From positions 26,836,213 to 26,900,212 of the forward strand of contig OZ234493.1 in assembly GCA_965153455.1 (NCBI GenBank): 64,000 nucleotides of DNA, read 5' to 3'. The translations under genes and the position numbers were made by a program. How positions within the stretch are numbered: position 1 is the stretch's first letter; the number at the start of each line of letters is the position of its first letter. Below, piece after piece: positions 51,501 through 64,000 of the stretch. This stretch comes from Sphagnum compactum. Its lineage: Eukaryota. Below the pieces are notes generated by a model, which had not been told where the DNA came from, did no database searches, and worked only from the letters and a program-made list of their open reading frames with translations.

Positions 51501-54500
51501 TTTTACATTCTGATTTCCTTTAATGTTGTGTTGTCTCTTTAATGTGGTGGGGTCATACACGGTAGATAGAACCAGCTCCTGAGTCCTAACTTGTCCTAAG
51601 GTGCTTTTTGTTATCCAAGAAAAAGAAACCAACTTAAAATATTGTTTTAGAAAAGTCACCTACACATCAAAGTGGATTAATACTATCTCCAAAAATAACC
51701 ATAGATCAAGTGTCTTAATTTTTGTGTATTTGCACACGTCAATTTGAACCAAACAAATGTTTTAAAGTGACAAGTCAATCGATCGAAATTTCAAGATCTG
51801 GATAAGGTATTACTAAGTTAAACGTTTAGAGAGTAGTAAATATAATGCTTTTCAACTCAAACTCTGCACCAACTCTGATATACTTGCACTATATATTTAA
51901 CGTGAAATATTAGTGAACTTTTTTGAAGGATTAATAATTCGCTATGTATTGCACCCAAGCACATACCAAATTAGCAATGACATTGTACATTCAACTGTGT
52001 CATGTAAGCTAGAAAAAAAGAAGAATGGAGATAATTAATTTGCCACTTTAGTCTATCACCCTACGCGGAAGGGATTCCATAGTTCCTTTTTAAATCCCAC
52101 AACATAATTGATTGACCTTTTATTGAATATTGACCCCCAGGAGTAATCAAATGGCATGGCTTTTGGTTTTGAAGTGAAGTGGTAACCCTTAAGTATCATT
52201 ACTCAACTACCATAAACAACATGTAGCATGGCATGGTTATGGATTGAACCCACAACCACATGGAAACTGGCCCCATGTCCAACCCATTTGGCCTACAATG
52301 ATTTTATGACAATTATGTAACCACAAGCAACTATTTACCCCATAAGGGATCATGGACCAACCAATTTTGGTCAGTTCAAGTCTTTCAGTAACTTTAACCT
52401 TCTTCAAATGGTTTCCACTCAAATAATTGTCAAATTGCAAATTTCATTTGTCAAATCTTGTGTTAGATGACATCATCTAAATCTGAATCCAACATCATCC
52501 GTAGAAGTTACATGCAAAAATAGTTTGAAGACCTCCCTATCACACCCATGGGATAACAATGTTGTAGCACATTGAACCCACTTGTAATCATAATAGGGCC
52601 ACTACCACAAACATAGTAGTTACCTTGTAACTAGGTATTGAAAATTGTATTCAAGATGGATTCTCAGATGGTTATCAAATGTGTTGGGGTGTTGGGTATT
52701 GGGTGTAGGATTTGTATGTGTAAGTATATGACATGATGATGCATCAACTTTGGTTGAAATGGGTTTATGTGCTTGATTTGGATGTGTCTATGTGGCTCAA
52801 ATGTGCGCATATATGTCCACCCTATTTGGATTTCATTGTTTGTGGTTGTCAAATGTAAGTATGTAAAGGTTGTAGTTCGAAGTGCAAATATGGCAAAACA
52901 TTTAAGAGATTCTAATTTGAGGTTTAAGAATGAGCATTATAGAGCATATGATTTGTTTATGGGGGAAAATTCATTCCATTTTGGATTTGTGAAAAAAAGA
53001 CTCTTTGAAAATTTTATAAAAAGATCATACAAAGTGTATTAGGACGTTGAAGTGTTATTTTTTGAAAATTGAAGGTTAACTCCATTGATGTTAACATGTC
53101 AATGGATGTAAAAAGTATGAAAGTCAATTACATTGGATTGGAAATCAACACTAAAAGGATAATAGATTACTTACGATTTAAAACCTAAGCACATTACAAG
53201 GGAGGACTCCAACCCTTTTTGATATAAATGAAAATCAAACAATCTAAATCCAACTAATTAACAATTTGTGCTTGATGGATGGTTTCTAGTGCAATCAATT
53301 TTGAGTAGCACAACCATAAGCTAATCATCTTTGTGAAACTCAAACTTGAATCAAAATAGGTTATTAAGCTCATGTTGGATTCAAAGTTTGAACTTAAAAT
53401 CCAATTTAACAACTATTGTGTTGTTGGAATTCAATTTTTGAGTGTTTACATAAGATATTGACTTCTAAGTAGACAATTAATATTTTCCAAAAGTTAACAA
53501 TAATGTGGTGGTTTTAATTGCATTGCCACTTGTATCCTAGTCATATTGTTTGTATCAATGTAATTACATGATTTCCAATCTTTGGCTATGTGATGTAGGT
53601 GGAATGACACTTGATTTTTGAACACCAATTAATTTGTAATCATTCAAGTTTATTGTTAGTATTTTTTTGAATCATATGGATGGGACAAATAGAAAGAATG
53701 TAACCCTCTTTGTGTTGTTCATTGTTTTGTTTTTACAAGAGTGATATGCATATGTTGTACAAACTATTTTTTGGTGGTTGTAAACACAACATTAAATGGA
53801 AAAACAATGGATCATTTGATGTAAGTAAACAATACCATGCCAAACACAATCAAGGAAACAAGAAGGATAACAAAGGATTTGTGACAAAATATTCTTTTTT
53901 TCTAGGTCCAAATTTCAGTTCTTAATTCAATCTTTTATTTTTTTAGCATGGTTCAATTAACCATTAAATATTATCTTGAATTTATATATTGTATACTTCA
54001 TGAAAATTTGAACTTTAAAAATAAAAATTTGATAAAACTTTCTCAACTTAATGTGTAATTACAGTGAAATATGATGTCATTAGTTGGCAATGAACTAATA
54101 TTGATTTTGAGTTATTATAAAAATTAAAAATTTCACCACTATTATTATCAATTTGCAATTAAGTAAGTGGTGAAATGTGTATATCAAATTTGAACCCTAG
54201 TTTTATTAACATTTCACACATATTAAGATTAGAATATTCCTTAATTTCTTTGAAAATGTCGATACCTTTACCAATTGATATTTAGAAAAAACCATATTAG
54301 CCCAACACCTCTTTGAATAAAACTAATGCCATACCAATGTTGGTTGGATATCAATTTAAATTCGATATCAACAAGCATAGTTGACATATATAGATAAAAT
54401 TAGTCTCGAAGTTGTGCAAAACATAAAATCTAATGCTATAAAAATCTAACGGATGAATAAACATTGATAACTTGATGTATATTCATATCCACTTGAGATG

Positions 54501-55249
54501 ATCCCCTTCATTATTTATATCCACTTGTGAAGATTTTAAAATGCTCAAATATGTATCCCATGCTATGCATATTCAGATTTTGGGGTTTCAAATTGTTGGA
54601 GGATATGCATATGCAACTTTAGATTTTCAAATATGTTTTGGGTGGTCTAGATATACATTTCTTTTACGAGTAAAGGCAAAAAGGTAAAGCAAGTACTATT
54701 AGTTGTTACATAATGATGAAAATCAATGGAGTTTGATGTTGTGGCACCTTACCTTTTTTCTTTATAGCTTTCTACTTTTTCAAATGTGAGTTTCAAATGA
54801 AATCACATATGTCCAAGGTGTTTATGTTTAGTTTGCAACTCTTGTGTCTTTTGTGTTTTTGCAAATGTTTTTGTTATGTTGTGTGTTCATGGCAAATATG
54901 AGCTTTGAGGTGTTTGTGTTTATTGTGTGTGTGTTGAACATTAAATTACATGCATGTGTTGTTTGTTTTTGTTGAATTCGAGTTCCAAGCTTTGAATCAA
55001 GTTTTTTCCATTGTTGTTTGACGTTATTCACATTTCGCACTAAGGGTTTATGTTGATGCTTATAAATCATTAATGGTTGTGAGCTAAGTTGGTCTTGACA
55101 AGCATATTCAAAAGCTCAGTGGATGTGCCTCACATCTTTATATTTGCACTAGAGTGAACACAAATATGACCTTCTACATTTTCCTTTTTGTTTTGAAAAT
55201 GTTATATTTTTGTTCATGTTCCTTATGTGATCAATGAAGGACATGGTAG

Positions 55250-56140
55250 TTTACTTGATTTTTGTTTTTGGATGTGGGTAGGGTATAAAGTTTTTGTTCC
55301 TTGTATGATGGTTGAAAAATGTTCCTTGTCGTAAAAAATGTGGGCAAAATTAAGTATGAATTCTTTGATTTGACGACCATAAACATTAGGAGCAATTTGT
55401 TTTAGATGTCAAAAACATGTGATAATGTGATAAAAAAATGATGTGTAGCTTGTAGTTTTCAAAGTTCAAGCTGCATTATGTTAGCCTCACAATTGTGGAT
55501 CCAATTTAAGACCGTGAATCCTTACAATGCAATGAACCACAACAAAAGTTTTTTGAAGATTTAGTGTTGTATATTTATAAAAGTTACATTTATTTTTTCA
55601 TTTGTGAAAACATTTAATTACAAAGGTTAGTCTTAAGCTAGTGCCTTCGTGTTTTATTTCCATGTCATTCATAACTTGTGGAAGAAATGTTTTTTTATTA
55701 TGGTCACCGAGTGTGCGGACATGCACATCTTGTTGAACCTTACATGTGTAACAATTGTGTTTGCTTGTTTGATTTATGAATGTCCAAAGGTGATGCGGAC
55801 ACATTTGCTTTGGTAATCAAACTTGGGAACGTGTCAATGCTATTGTTGGGTTGTTTGAGGCAAATGGAGAAAATTGGCCTTTTGCATGGTGCAACAATTA
55901 CAATATTTGCTTGAAAAACTTAGTTTTATTCATTATGTAATTGCTTTTGTAAAAAGTGAGGGCAACAATTTGACAACCATGGTTATAACATTGTGTTCTA
56001 GTGTTGATTGTGAACCTTTGAACCTTCAACGGTTTTATGAAGATACTTGTTTTGGGTGGGTGTTACAAAAAAATACTAGTAGGCCATGAATGAGAATAAG
56101 GTTTCTATGGGTTTAAGGAAAATAAGTGTGAAACTATCCC
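55250..56140 (+). mobile_element. Decayed hAT-superfamily transposase fragment
   Basis: FEDLVLYI, FDL*MSKGDADTFALVI (DxW-type first catalytic Asp), IVGLFEA, VIAFVKSEGNNLTTM (second Asp region) and TCFG (CxxH region), in order, with stops and frameshifts. Confidence 0.7.
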
Positions 56141-57729
56141 TTTGGAAAATGGTGTTTTTAATTTCCAAAAATTATCATTATTTGTTATGTCCATGGAAGT
56201 TAAAAACATCTTTTTGATAAAATGTGAGGGACCTAAAAAAAATTTGGATTTTCATTATACATAATAAACAATTATAATGTCCATCACATTTTTCAAAATT
56301 TCAATTTTTTTTCATTTAAAGTATCATAACCCTTGAAATGGGGTTATTACAACATCTTGGCATTCATTAGGACATGATGTGTTCATTTGGACACTAACCC
56401 CACCTAACATCATGTCAAAATAAGGTCAACTTAGGTCATAGCCCAGGTTGGGCTACCTAAGGCAATTTTAGGGTGATTGATACTTGCATTGTTTAGTCAC
56501 TTTAAACCTTGTGATGACTAAAATGACGTTCAGTTGCCAAAGTCCTACATCAACTAAAAATCTATGGGGGGTGATCGAATTTTTTTTGTGTAGAGATTGA
56601 ATTTTTTTGATCATTAACAATGGTGGAGATTTAGCCATCATCAATTAGATAATTAAAATATTTTGGGCGATGATTGAAAACAATTTGGGGTGATGACCAA
56701 ACAATTTTAGTTGCCCAATTGGGAATATTTTCAATTGTTGAAATTGCTCTAACCAAAAAAAATTGTTCTTGAAAACAAATGTTGACATTTGACATGATGG
56801 ACAAAACTAATGTGTCCAAATGGATGTTGATGTGACAACTACCGCAAAATGGGCACACCATGTCATTTTTGACAACCTTGCCTTCAAAATATCATGTCCA
56901 AAATTGCAAGAACAATATTTAAGTAATGAGTCCATAACATATTTCTCCTATGTGTTGTGACCCAAGAATTGTTTAGATTGCAAAGTTCATCTTTCCCTCA
57001 TTGAGTATTTATATTTTTGATGTAATTATTTCAAAATTAAAAAGAGAAAGAAATAAGTTTCACTTATTTGAATCCATTTTGTTGGAATTACCAACTTGCA
57101 TATGGCCCAATTTTTTTTACCTTAGTAGCATTTAGCTAAAAAAGTTCAATATAATTTATTTTTACCAATTGTGAAGAACTATGTGGGGGCATGGAGATGC
57201 AATCATCTTGCTTCTAGATATAATGTGAGAATTATGATTCTTATTTCTACCTGCCTTGATCGATTAAATCACGTGTTCTTACATTATTTATTTTTTTAAT
57301 TTATAAAGAAGGTTCTATATATTTTCTGTTTGCATGTGCATATCCCCTTGTTTAATGACAGTCCCAGAAAAATTAATTTTTTACTATTGGCTTCCAAACC
57401 AAACAAATTCTTGGAATTCTAAAGTCCCAAATTGGGAATGAATGTGTTTTTGACCTTGTTGGCATGTTGATAGCTCTATGGTAATGCCGTTTACAAGGTG
57501 AGAGTCTAGATCAAATAATCATGGTGGTAAAAACTTGACTTAATGATCCACATTTGAATTGTAAGGCAACTACACATTTAAAAGGTTATATGAAAGTTGA
57601 ATATGCTTTTGGCAAAGAAAGCTACAATTTGATTGAAATTTTTGATATTTCAAAAGAACTTCAGGTTGATGATGTTTCAAGGGCAAGTCACCTTAAATAA
57701 GTTTACAATGTTGTGTTTTTCCTTTCCAA

Positions 57730-58705
57730 CTAATAGTTACAACTTGCACCTATAGCATTAACTATGTCGAGTGCTACTGGTGCCAATGAGGTCTTTTGCA
57801 TGAAAAAGTGCCATTGGCTAACACAGTAAAGCATGGCTTGCTCTATTTGAACTGCAAATGATGGAAACCGAAGGTTTTGCAACATCATGGCTGAAGATTC
57901 AGCCAACAGCAGAAATTTTGGCAATGCCAAAAAGTAATTAATTTGCACCTAACTAGCCTAGGTATTCTGGGAGTTTACTCATTTCCAACATTCCCTTCTG
58001 AAGCTCAAAGACTGCATGTTCAGCACCCACATTCTTTGCACATACACAAACTAGCTGCTCAATCAAAGTGGGATCTCTTTTGACATCACCCGGGTCAATG
58101 AACACCATGACATGGTTCATGTACCATCATTTGTGAGTTCCATGTCCATTGTGCACCTCCTTACTTACTGCCTACTCTGTGCTTGGCATACTAAGCACAT
58201 AACCTATTCCAATACAGAATCTCTGCTCTATATCAAACTATCATCCTGTGCTTCTGAAACGACCCCTCTCTGCACTAGAAAGTTTTGAATGAGGAACAGA
58301 GAAAGCCCTGTATACATACCTCCAAGCAAGACACCAGTACCACCAACAATACCAGTTGCTGTGTTGGCTACCAATGTCATGTAGAGATTAAGTGTCACCT
58401 GCAATCATCAACTAATACCCTAATTATCAAGCATTGATAAAATGGGTGACAAAACATAAGAGCAAGCACTGGGTGCACTACCATACAAATGAGAAAAACA
58501 GGAGATTGTTTACACCATTGCATCAAATTGTTGCTGCATGCAACAATTGTCCACAATGACGTCATTATACTTTGTACTTGGGTACTTCGCTTGGGCACAT
58601 TCCAACAAGGCTCTGCAAAAAGGTTGTCGAGGATAAGCATATTCAAATGCATTCTTTGCAACATTGTCCAAGCAAAACTTGGAAATCACCTAGCTTTCCA
58701 AACTG
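57730..58705 (-). pseudogene. IDH: Unprocessed, 5'-truncated pseudogene of the mitochondrial NAD-dependent isocitrate dehydrogenase regulatory subunit
   Basis: Exon ~58705-58516: VISKFCLDNVAKNAFEYAY..KYPSTKYNDVIVDNCCMQ..QFDAM. Exon 58398-58320 (cag/gt): VTLNLYMTLVANTATGIVGGTGVLLG. Exon ~58035-57730: NVGAEHAVFE/ASEGNVGNE*, SSAMMLQNLRFPSFA. Deletions, frameshifts and stops. Confidence 0.92.
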
Positions 58706-58808
58706 CCCCCCCCCCCCAATGTCAGAGACTTGCCGATCTGGAACACATAACCATTGATCAGAACAACAAAGCATAGGCTCATGTTGTTGTACCACTTGGG
58801 CAGAAGTG

Positions 58809-58864
58809 GGCAGAATTGCAGTAACCTTAATGTTTTACCCTTTTAAGGTTACTGCAATTTTGCC
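58809..58864. other. 22-bp-stem hairpin
   Basis: GGCAGAATTGCAGTAACCTTAA / TTAAGGTTACTGCAATTTTGCC, 21/22 Watson-Crick pairs, 12-nt loop. Confidence 0.9.
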
Positions 58865-59084
58865 TCAATTCTTTCTGGTTTTTTTTTTCCCCCCTTTTAA
58901 TTCTTGCTATTTTTTTAATCTCTTGTTTTCTTCCAAGGAGGATTTATCTTTATAGTTCCTTCTTTTTCCTTTCTTTCTTTTCTTTTGCATTTTTTTTTCT
59001 TTTTTCCTTTTCAGTTTTCCTTTTTTTTTCCCCCCTATGGTTATTATTATTATTTTCCTTTCTCCTTGGAGGACGTGGTCATCA

Positions 59085-59417
59085 CAGTGATTTTTTTGGG
59101 CAAAAATTCATCATTTTGCAATTTTTAAAAAAAATTCCCAAGCAACATGGTCAATGGAACTTTTAGGAAAAATTCCAAAAATATCAGCACATTTTCAGGA
59201 TTTGTTTTATTTTTGTAGGAGTTGGGCAGATTTCTAACTTTCTTCTTTTGAAATTGCTATCTTTAGTTAATAGGTTCTAGTGAGCTTCACCAACATGTAA
59301 AAGGATTCCTTTGTTTTCACTTCTTTAATTGTCCTGTAGCCAGATTTGGCTAAAGCCTATTGTGGCTGATGGTCACTTTTGAAGCAACATGAGAAAATTG
59401 AAAAAACAAAAACACTG
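59085..59417. mobile_element. Short CAGTG...CACTG-bounded MITE-like repeat; related fragments occur elsewhere (e.g. ~7990-8240, ~32315-32600)
   Basis: Ends CAGTGATTTTTT / AAAAACACTG; shared body motifs such as CAGATTTGGCTAAA and AAAATTGAAAAAA. No clear TSD. Confidence 0.5.
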
Positions 59418-60015
59418 AGTCCTTAATCACATCCTTCTTTCTGTTTTTTCTTTTCATTATTTCTTTTCTTCTTTTCTCTTTTTTTCAAGTAGGATGTGAC
59501 CACCTTGGGCTAGCGTGAGGCATGAGTCTAAAGGATAAAGCGGAAATGAAAATTATTATTATTTAAATGTTGAAAAGGATTAAGAAGTTAATTGAAGTTT
59601 GCTTAAGAATTTAATTAAAGTGTGTCATTTTTTAATGGTCGGTTATTTGCAGGGTAAAAAGTAACGGGTGGGAAGGTGGAGAACTTCGGGCAGGACGGAC
59701 GGAGGCGTCGGAGGAGTGGCAGAGGTCGTTCGCCACTAGAGGCGAAATAGGATTTTCGCTTTTCAAGCTTCGCCGGCACCGCGGGCGTACGCCAGCAATT
59801 TGCTCCGTGGGCGAACGCGTACGCTTTCATGTGCGCGATACATGAGCAAGGTTCAAGCTGAAAGCCAACAAGACTGCCACTAAATCCCACTCAGATAACA
59901 TGAATTCTAAAACCTTGATTTTGACGCTTGCCATTAGTAGTATTTGAACAGTGCACGTGTGTCTCCAACAAGGAAGGAAGCTTGCGCAAGATCTGTAATG
60001 CAATGCCTCAGTGAA

Positions 60016-60025
60016 TTTAGGGTTT
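60016..60025 (-). promoter_or_regulatory. Telo-box-like motif (AAACCCTAAA) upstream of MED18
   Basis: TTTAGGGTTT about 320 bp upstream of the ATG; a related AACCCTAAACCCT lies at the start of intron 1. Function not demonstrable from sequence. Confidence 0.3.
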
Positions 60026-60342
60026 GATGTAGCCAGCATATGAAGTGGACAGCTTTCTGCAATCAATTGAATTTTGAGAAAGTTTCTGGCTTATTATGTA
60101 TGAAGCTTTTAGGGTTCCTACCTTTCTGATCTACCTTCCTGCGAGACCTACCTTTTCTCTCCGCTTTTTCGATCCGTATACGCAAGCCAGGCTCAGGTGC
60201 TGGGGGCGGGGGAGGAGGCGCCCAGAAAAAAAGAAAGAAAGAAAGAGAATTAGGGTGGTGGACGATCGACCAAAAAAGGCTACGAAGAAAGATCTTTCTT
60301 CTTTTTCAACTTCTTCGCAAACACGGCTGCTGCTGCTGCGGC

Positions 60343-62769
60343 ATGGAGTGCGTGGTGCAGGGCATCATAGAAGCCAAGGTCTGATGTAACCCTAAACCCT
60401 CCCTGCCAAGCTCTCCTTTTTATCTTCTTCCCCTGTTTCTTCTTTTTCTCTTTTTTCTTTTTTTTCTTTTTTTCTGTTCTTTTGCAGCTTCTGTTTCGAG
60501 GTCGATTCTTGTGGATGTATGAGCATGGATGATGTTGAGAGGAAAGGCAGGCGCCGCTAGATCATGTGGGCCCTCCTGTTTTCAGCTGTGGGTTTGGTGC
60601 TATATAGAGGCATGCACTCTTTCGTGATTTCTCATTCCCCTTCCTCTCCTGCACTACTAGTACTAGTACTAGTACTATGTGGAACAGTTAGTTGTTCTTG
60701 TGCTCTTGAATGAGTGAATGACTGACTGTGAAATGTCTGTCTCATTTCATGTTTTTCTTGCTGTTTTGGGTGTTTGCAGAATCCCTCAGTCATGTTTGCG
60801 CCTGTATTTTTGTTTTGTGAATCCTTGTAGTGTGTCATGTGGAGTACTATTACCAGTCAATTCTTCATGGGCTTATTGTTTGAGTACCAAGAGCAAGATG
60901 TCTCAACTGCCATATAATTTGTTTGTTGTTGCTGTCTGCTGGAGCAATAAACTGGTTCTTGCAGTTTATTTTTTGGTTGTTGTCATATCTGGTTGGGATT
61001 CTAGTTTATAGGATGGAAAATGAACATGTAGTCTGTAGATAATTGTCTGTCTGAATGGCAATTATGTGGATAATCTTGAAATCCTTTTGTCGTGATTCCT
61101 ATGTATGGGGACTTTATTGTGATTTGAATGGCAACCTGTTGCAATCCTAATTTTTTTTTTGGTAGGGATATTCTCAGAATGATTTCTTTGGACTCGTGAC
61201 TTGGAGCAGCAGAAGCTGTTGTTGTGCATCAGTGGGTTTGTAATGTGCTGTAATGCTATGTTCCTGCATCTGCACCTGCACCAAAGTTTCACCATAAAAA
61301 TGTCTCATGCATCATTGTGACACTCCTCTCTACTTGGTCAAAATACATTACCAAGTGGAGAGTAGAATGGGACAAGTAGGACACATTGGTGCAGGGTGCA
61401 GTGCAGAAACATTGCATTCCAGCTGATAATTTTTCTAATGTTTCTCAGTAAAAAATGATTGTAGATATCTCTCACTTACTTGCAATTCATGGGTCCCTTG
61501 TTATGTCAACAGCATGTGGATGCATTGGAGGTACTACTACAGGGTCTCTGTGGGGGCCTAAGGGAAACTGTGAAGGTTCATGAAATCTGTCTCAAGACGG
61601 GTCCAAATTTGGGTAAATCTGTCACCCTGCACAAACCTTCTTGTCTGCTGTACAATTCATGATTTGAATTGCATGTTGTGTGAAAAATTTAATTATGTGG
61701 TGTGAATAGCATTAGACACATGGAAGCTGGGTGTATCAATCAATGTGGATTGTGAGCAAGTGTTTGAATGGTTATCACAATGTCCTTTTCCAGGGGCTGT
61801 TCCATCAGAAGTCCACCTTTTATGTTCATTGACCCAACCAGAACCTGTTTGGTAAGTGTCTCGTTCTTGACAGCCTCTGGAGCACATCCATATTGAGCTT
61901 GTTGCCTAGACTGCCATTTTTCTTTTCACTAATAGTTGGGAGGGGGAACTGGGGGAGGGGAGGACACATGTTTGTTCTAGAATGTTGTTCTCATGTAGTT
62001 GGACATCTGACAAAAGAAGAATTTACTGATATCCAAGACCACTACTTACATGGTGTCTGACCAGTTGTAAGCTTCCATGTTGCACCATAGGTTCGTTATG
62101 GTTGATTTCCCAAAACTGTATTACATTGAGCTTGACTGCTATTTTTGGAGAGGGTTTGGGTGCAGGAGGGTGCGACACACAGGGGGTGCAATGAGAGGAG
62201 CAGGAGCTGAGCAGTTACCAGCTCTCGTGCGGCCTGTGCTTGAATCTGGAATCGGCAACAGTGCACTCCGCTTTATGTATGCACTTGGTTACAAGTTAGA
62301 TTATGAACTCTTGCGTTCTGGCTTTTCCTTCCAATTTCATCGAACAATCCCCATCAATGTCAACATTACTGTTAGTGTGACAGCTGTAAACCGACTGCCT
62401 AAAATGCATACTCTAGATGAGGCAGTGCCTGTGACACCTGGGTTGCACCTGGTACAGCTGACAGCACCTGCATCCCCAGACAACTACTCTGAAGTTGTTG
62501 GTGCAATATCCACTTTTGCCGAGTTTCTGGCCCCGTATGTACTCCTTACTTTTGTGCCTATTATGCCCATTGGTTTTTCTTATGTGTAATTGATGTTTTG
62601 AGAGCATGCAGGATGACTCTGAGAATAGGCAATAATGTGTGAAAGTGTGGCTTTTCTGTGCAGCCTGCTGCACCTTTCCAAACCTGGTGTCGTTGCAGGA
62701 ATTGTACCGACAGCATCCACAGCAGCTGCTGCTCTTGTCTCAAGGGGTGGTGTAACCAAAGTGTTGTAG
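60343..62769 (+). CDS. MED18: Mediator of RNA polymerase II transcription subunit 18; exons 60343-60378, 61513-61612, 61794-61851, 62166-62534, 62664-62769 (222 aa)
   Basis: All four introns are GT-AG and phase-consistent; 669 nt ending in TAG. Protein MECVVQGIIEAKHVDALEVLLQGLCG...GPNLG..PSEVHLLC...GGAMRGAGAEQ...YALGYKLDYELL...DEAVPVTPG...EFLAPLLHLSKPG matches my recollection of plant MED18. Confidence 0.96.
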
Positions 62770-63429
62770 GGCTCCTGAAACTCCATCAGTGGTAGTGTGC
62801 CAGCAGGGCTTTTAGACATCTTCATGAAGGTCTCGTGGTCCTTAGCTTGTAGGCAATTCATGTACTTGACTGCAAAACATGCAGCGGATTATCTTTGTTA
62901 GCTTATCCTTGATGTACAAGATTTTGACAGAAGGTGAGAATGATGCAATTTGGTCTGGGCCTTGATCCCCCTGTTCTCTTTTGTTGATAAATAAAGACAA
63001 GTGTTGGCAATACAAATGCTTCATGAACTTTCACAAAAAATGTGAAGAAGCTTGGCATCTGGAAAGCACTGATTTTCATCTTCGAATTCATGCTCCAAGG
63101 TCACAAAAAATGCAATGGCCATGTGGGTCTTGAAACATATATGGCTTTCTCAAAGGGAACATATGAAACTGTAGTTGATTGCAATATTAGTCCCCATACA
63201 TATGTTACCTCTCCTTACACAATGCCAAGATTTTGTTGTTGGGAGGATTGTGATGTCATATTGTAGATGCTATGATATGAATTTTTTAAGAAACATTTGT
63301 TGGAAAGATTGACATATAGTGTCCGCCTGTCTCCTTCTTCGCTCATTTTATTCATATACTTTCTTTGTGAAAACCACAGTTTTGGAAGAGGGCCTGCATT
63401 TTCAATCACCCCGTTTATGGCAGAACTGG

Positions 63430-63600
63430 AAGTGTTCAAATTGTGGCCAATTAGCGACCTGGAAATGTGTATTGACAAACTTCAAGTGTTCCAACTTCCA
63501 ATTGTGGCCAATTGGTTGGCTGGAAATGTGTCTCGATAAAACCTCATGTGTTCCAATTGTGGCCAATTAGTCTGCTGGGAAACATGACAAAACCTCAACA
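63430..63600. repeat. ~55-bp tandem repeat, 3 copies, downstream of MED18
   Basis: AATTGTGGCCAATT..CTGG-AA recurs three times. Confidence 0.8.
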
Positions 63601-64000
63601 TTTACATCTCGTGTGCATGGATCTACAGTAAGATGATAGAGCACAGCATTGCTCGTGGGACCTCAATTGTGACAGTTCCCGGTTTCTTCACAACATAGAG
63701 TCAAAAGAAGTTTTTATTTGATGTCTTTCCCCATCTCCATTTCCCCCAAATAGATGAGGTCCTGGTTCCTTCCTCTAACAAAAATCTCTCAAATCCTGAA
63801 ACCCGCTTTAAAAGTAAATCTTTTTTGCATTCCTTTGAATAATTGTAGCCCGGCCACATGGGATCCAATGTAAAATTTCAATCTCTTTAGGTCATATGCA
63901 TGCAAGTGTGACTTAGGACCAGAAATTGAGATATTGTGCCATCATTGTGTCCTGAACTTTTTCATCAAGACACCCAACCAAGGTAATTTTTACCATTTTG

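Noticed and set aside
62077-62589. 170-aa ORF as a standalone gene
   Set aside because: It is MED18 exon 4 (62166-62534) with in-frame read-through into the flanking introns.

Overview
AT-rich, repeat-dense eukaryotic genomic DNA. The repeat families and gene structure suggest a land plant, most likely a bryophyte such as Sphagnum (inference only). There is one intact gene: a 5-exon Mediator subunit MED18 (+, 60343-62769, 222 aa). Facing away from it lies an intron-containing, 5'-truncated pseudogene of the NAD-isocitrate dehydrogenase regulatory subunit (-, 57.7-58.7 kb). Most of the rest is transposon debris: a solo LTR with a 5-bp TSD, a partial related LTR, a decayed gypsy-type gag, pogo-like and hAT transposase relics, MITEs, short non-autonomous Helitrons and a ~2.5-kb satellite. 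The most unusual object is a 3.9-kb compound Helitron (44657-48559). It is built from three modules joined at repeated terminator-hairpin-to-head junctions and carries a captured, splice-intact ABCG transporter exon. Scattered minus-strand exon-like relics at 3.8-5.0 kb and 22.4-24.6 kb may be a decayed multi-PLAT/LH2-domain gene (tentative). No prokaryotic systems or CRISPR arrays are supported. All protein identities come from manual translation and recalled motifs, not database searches.
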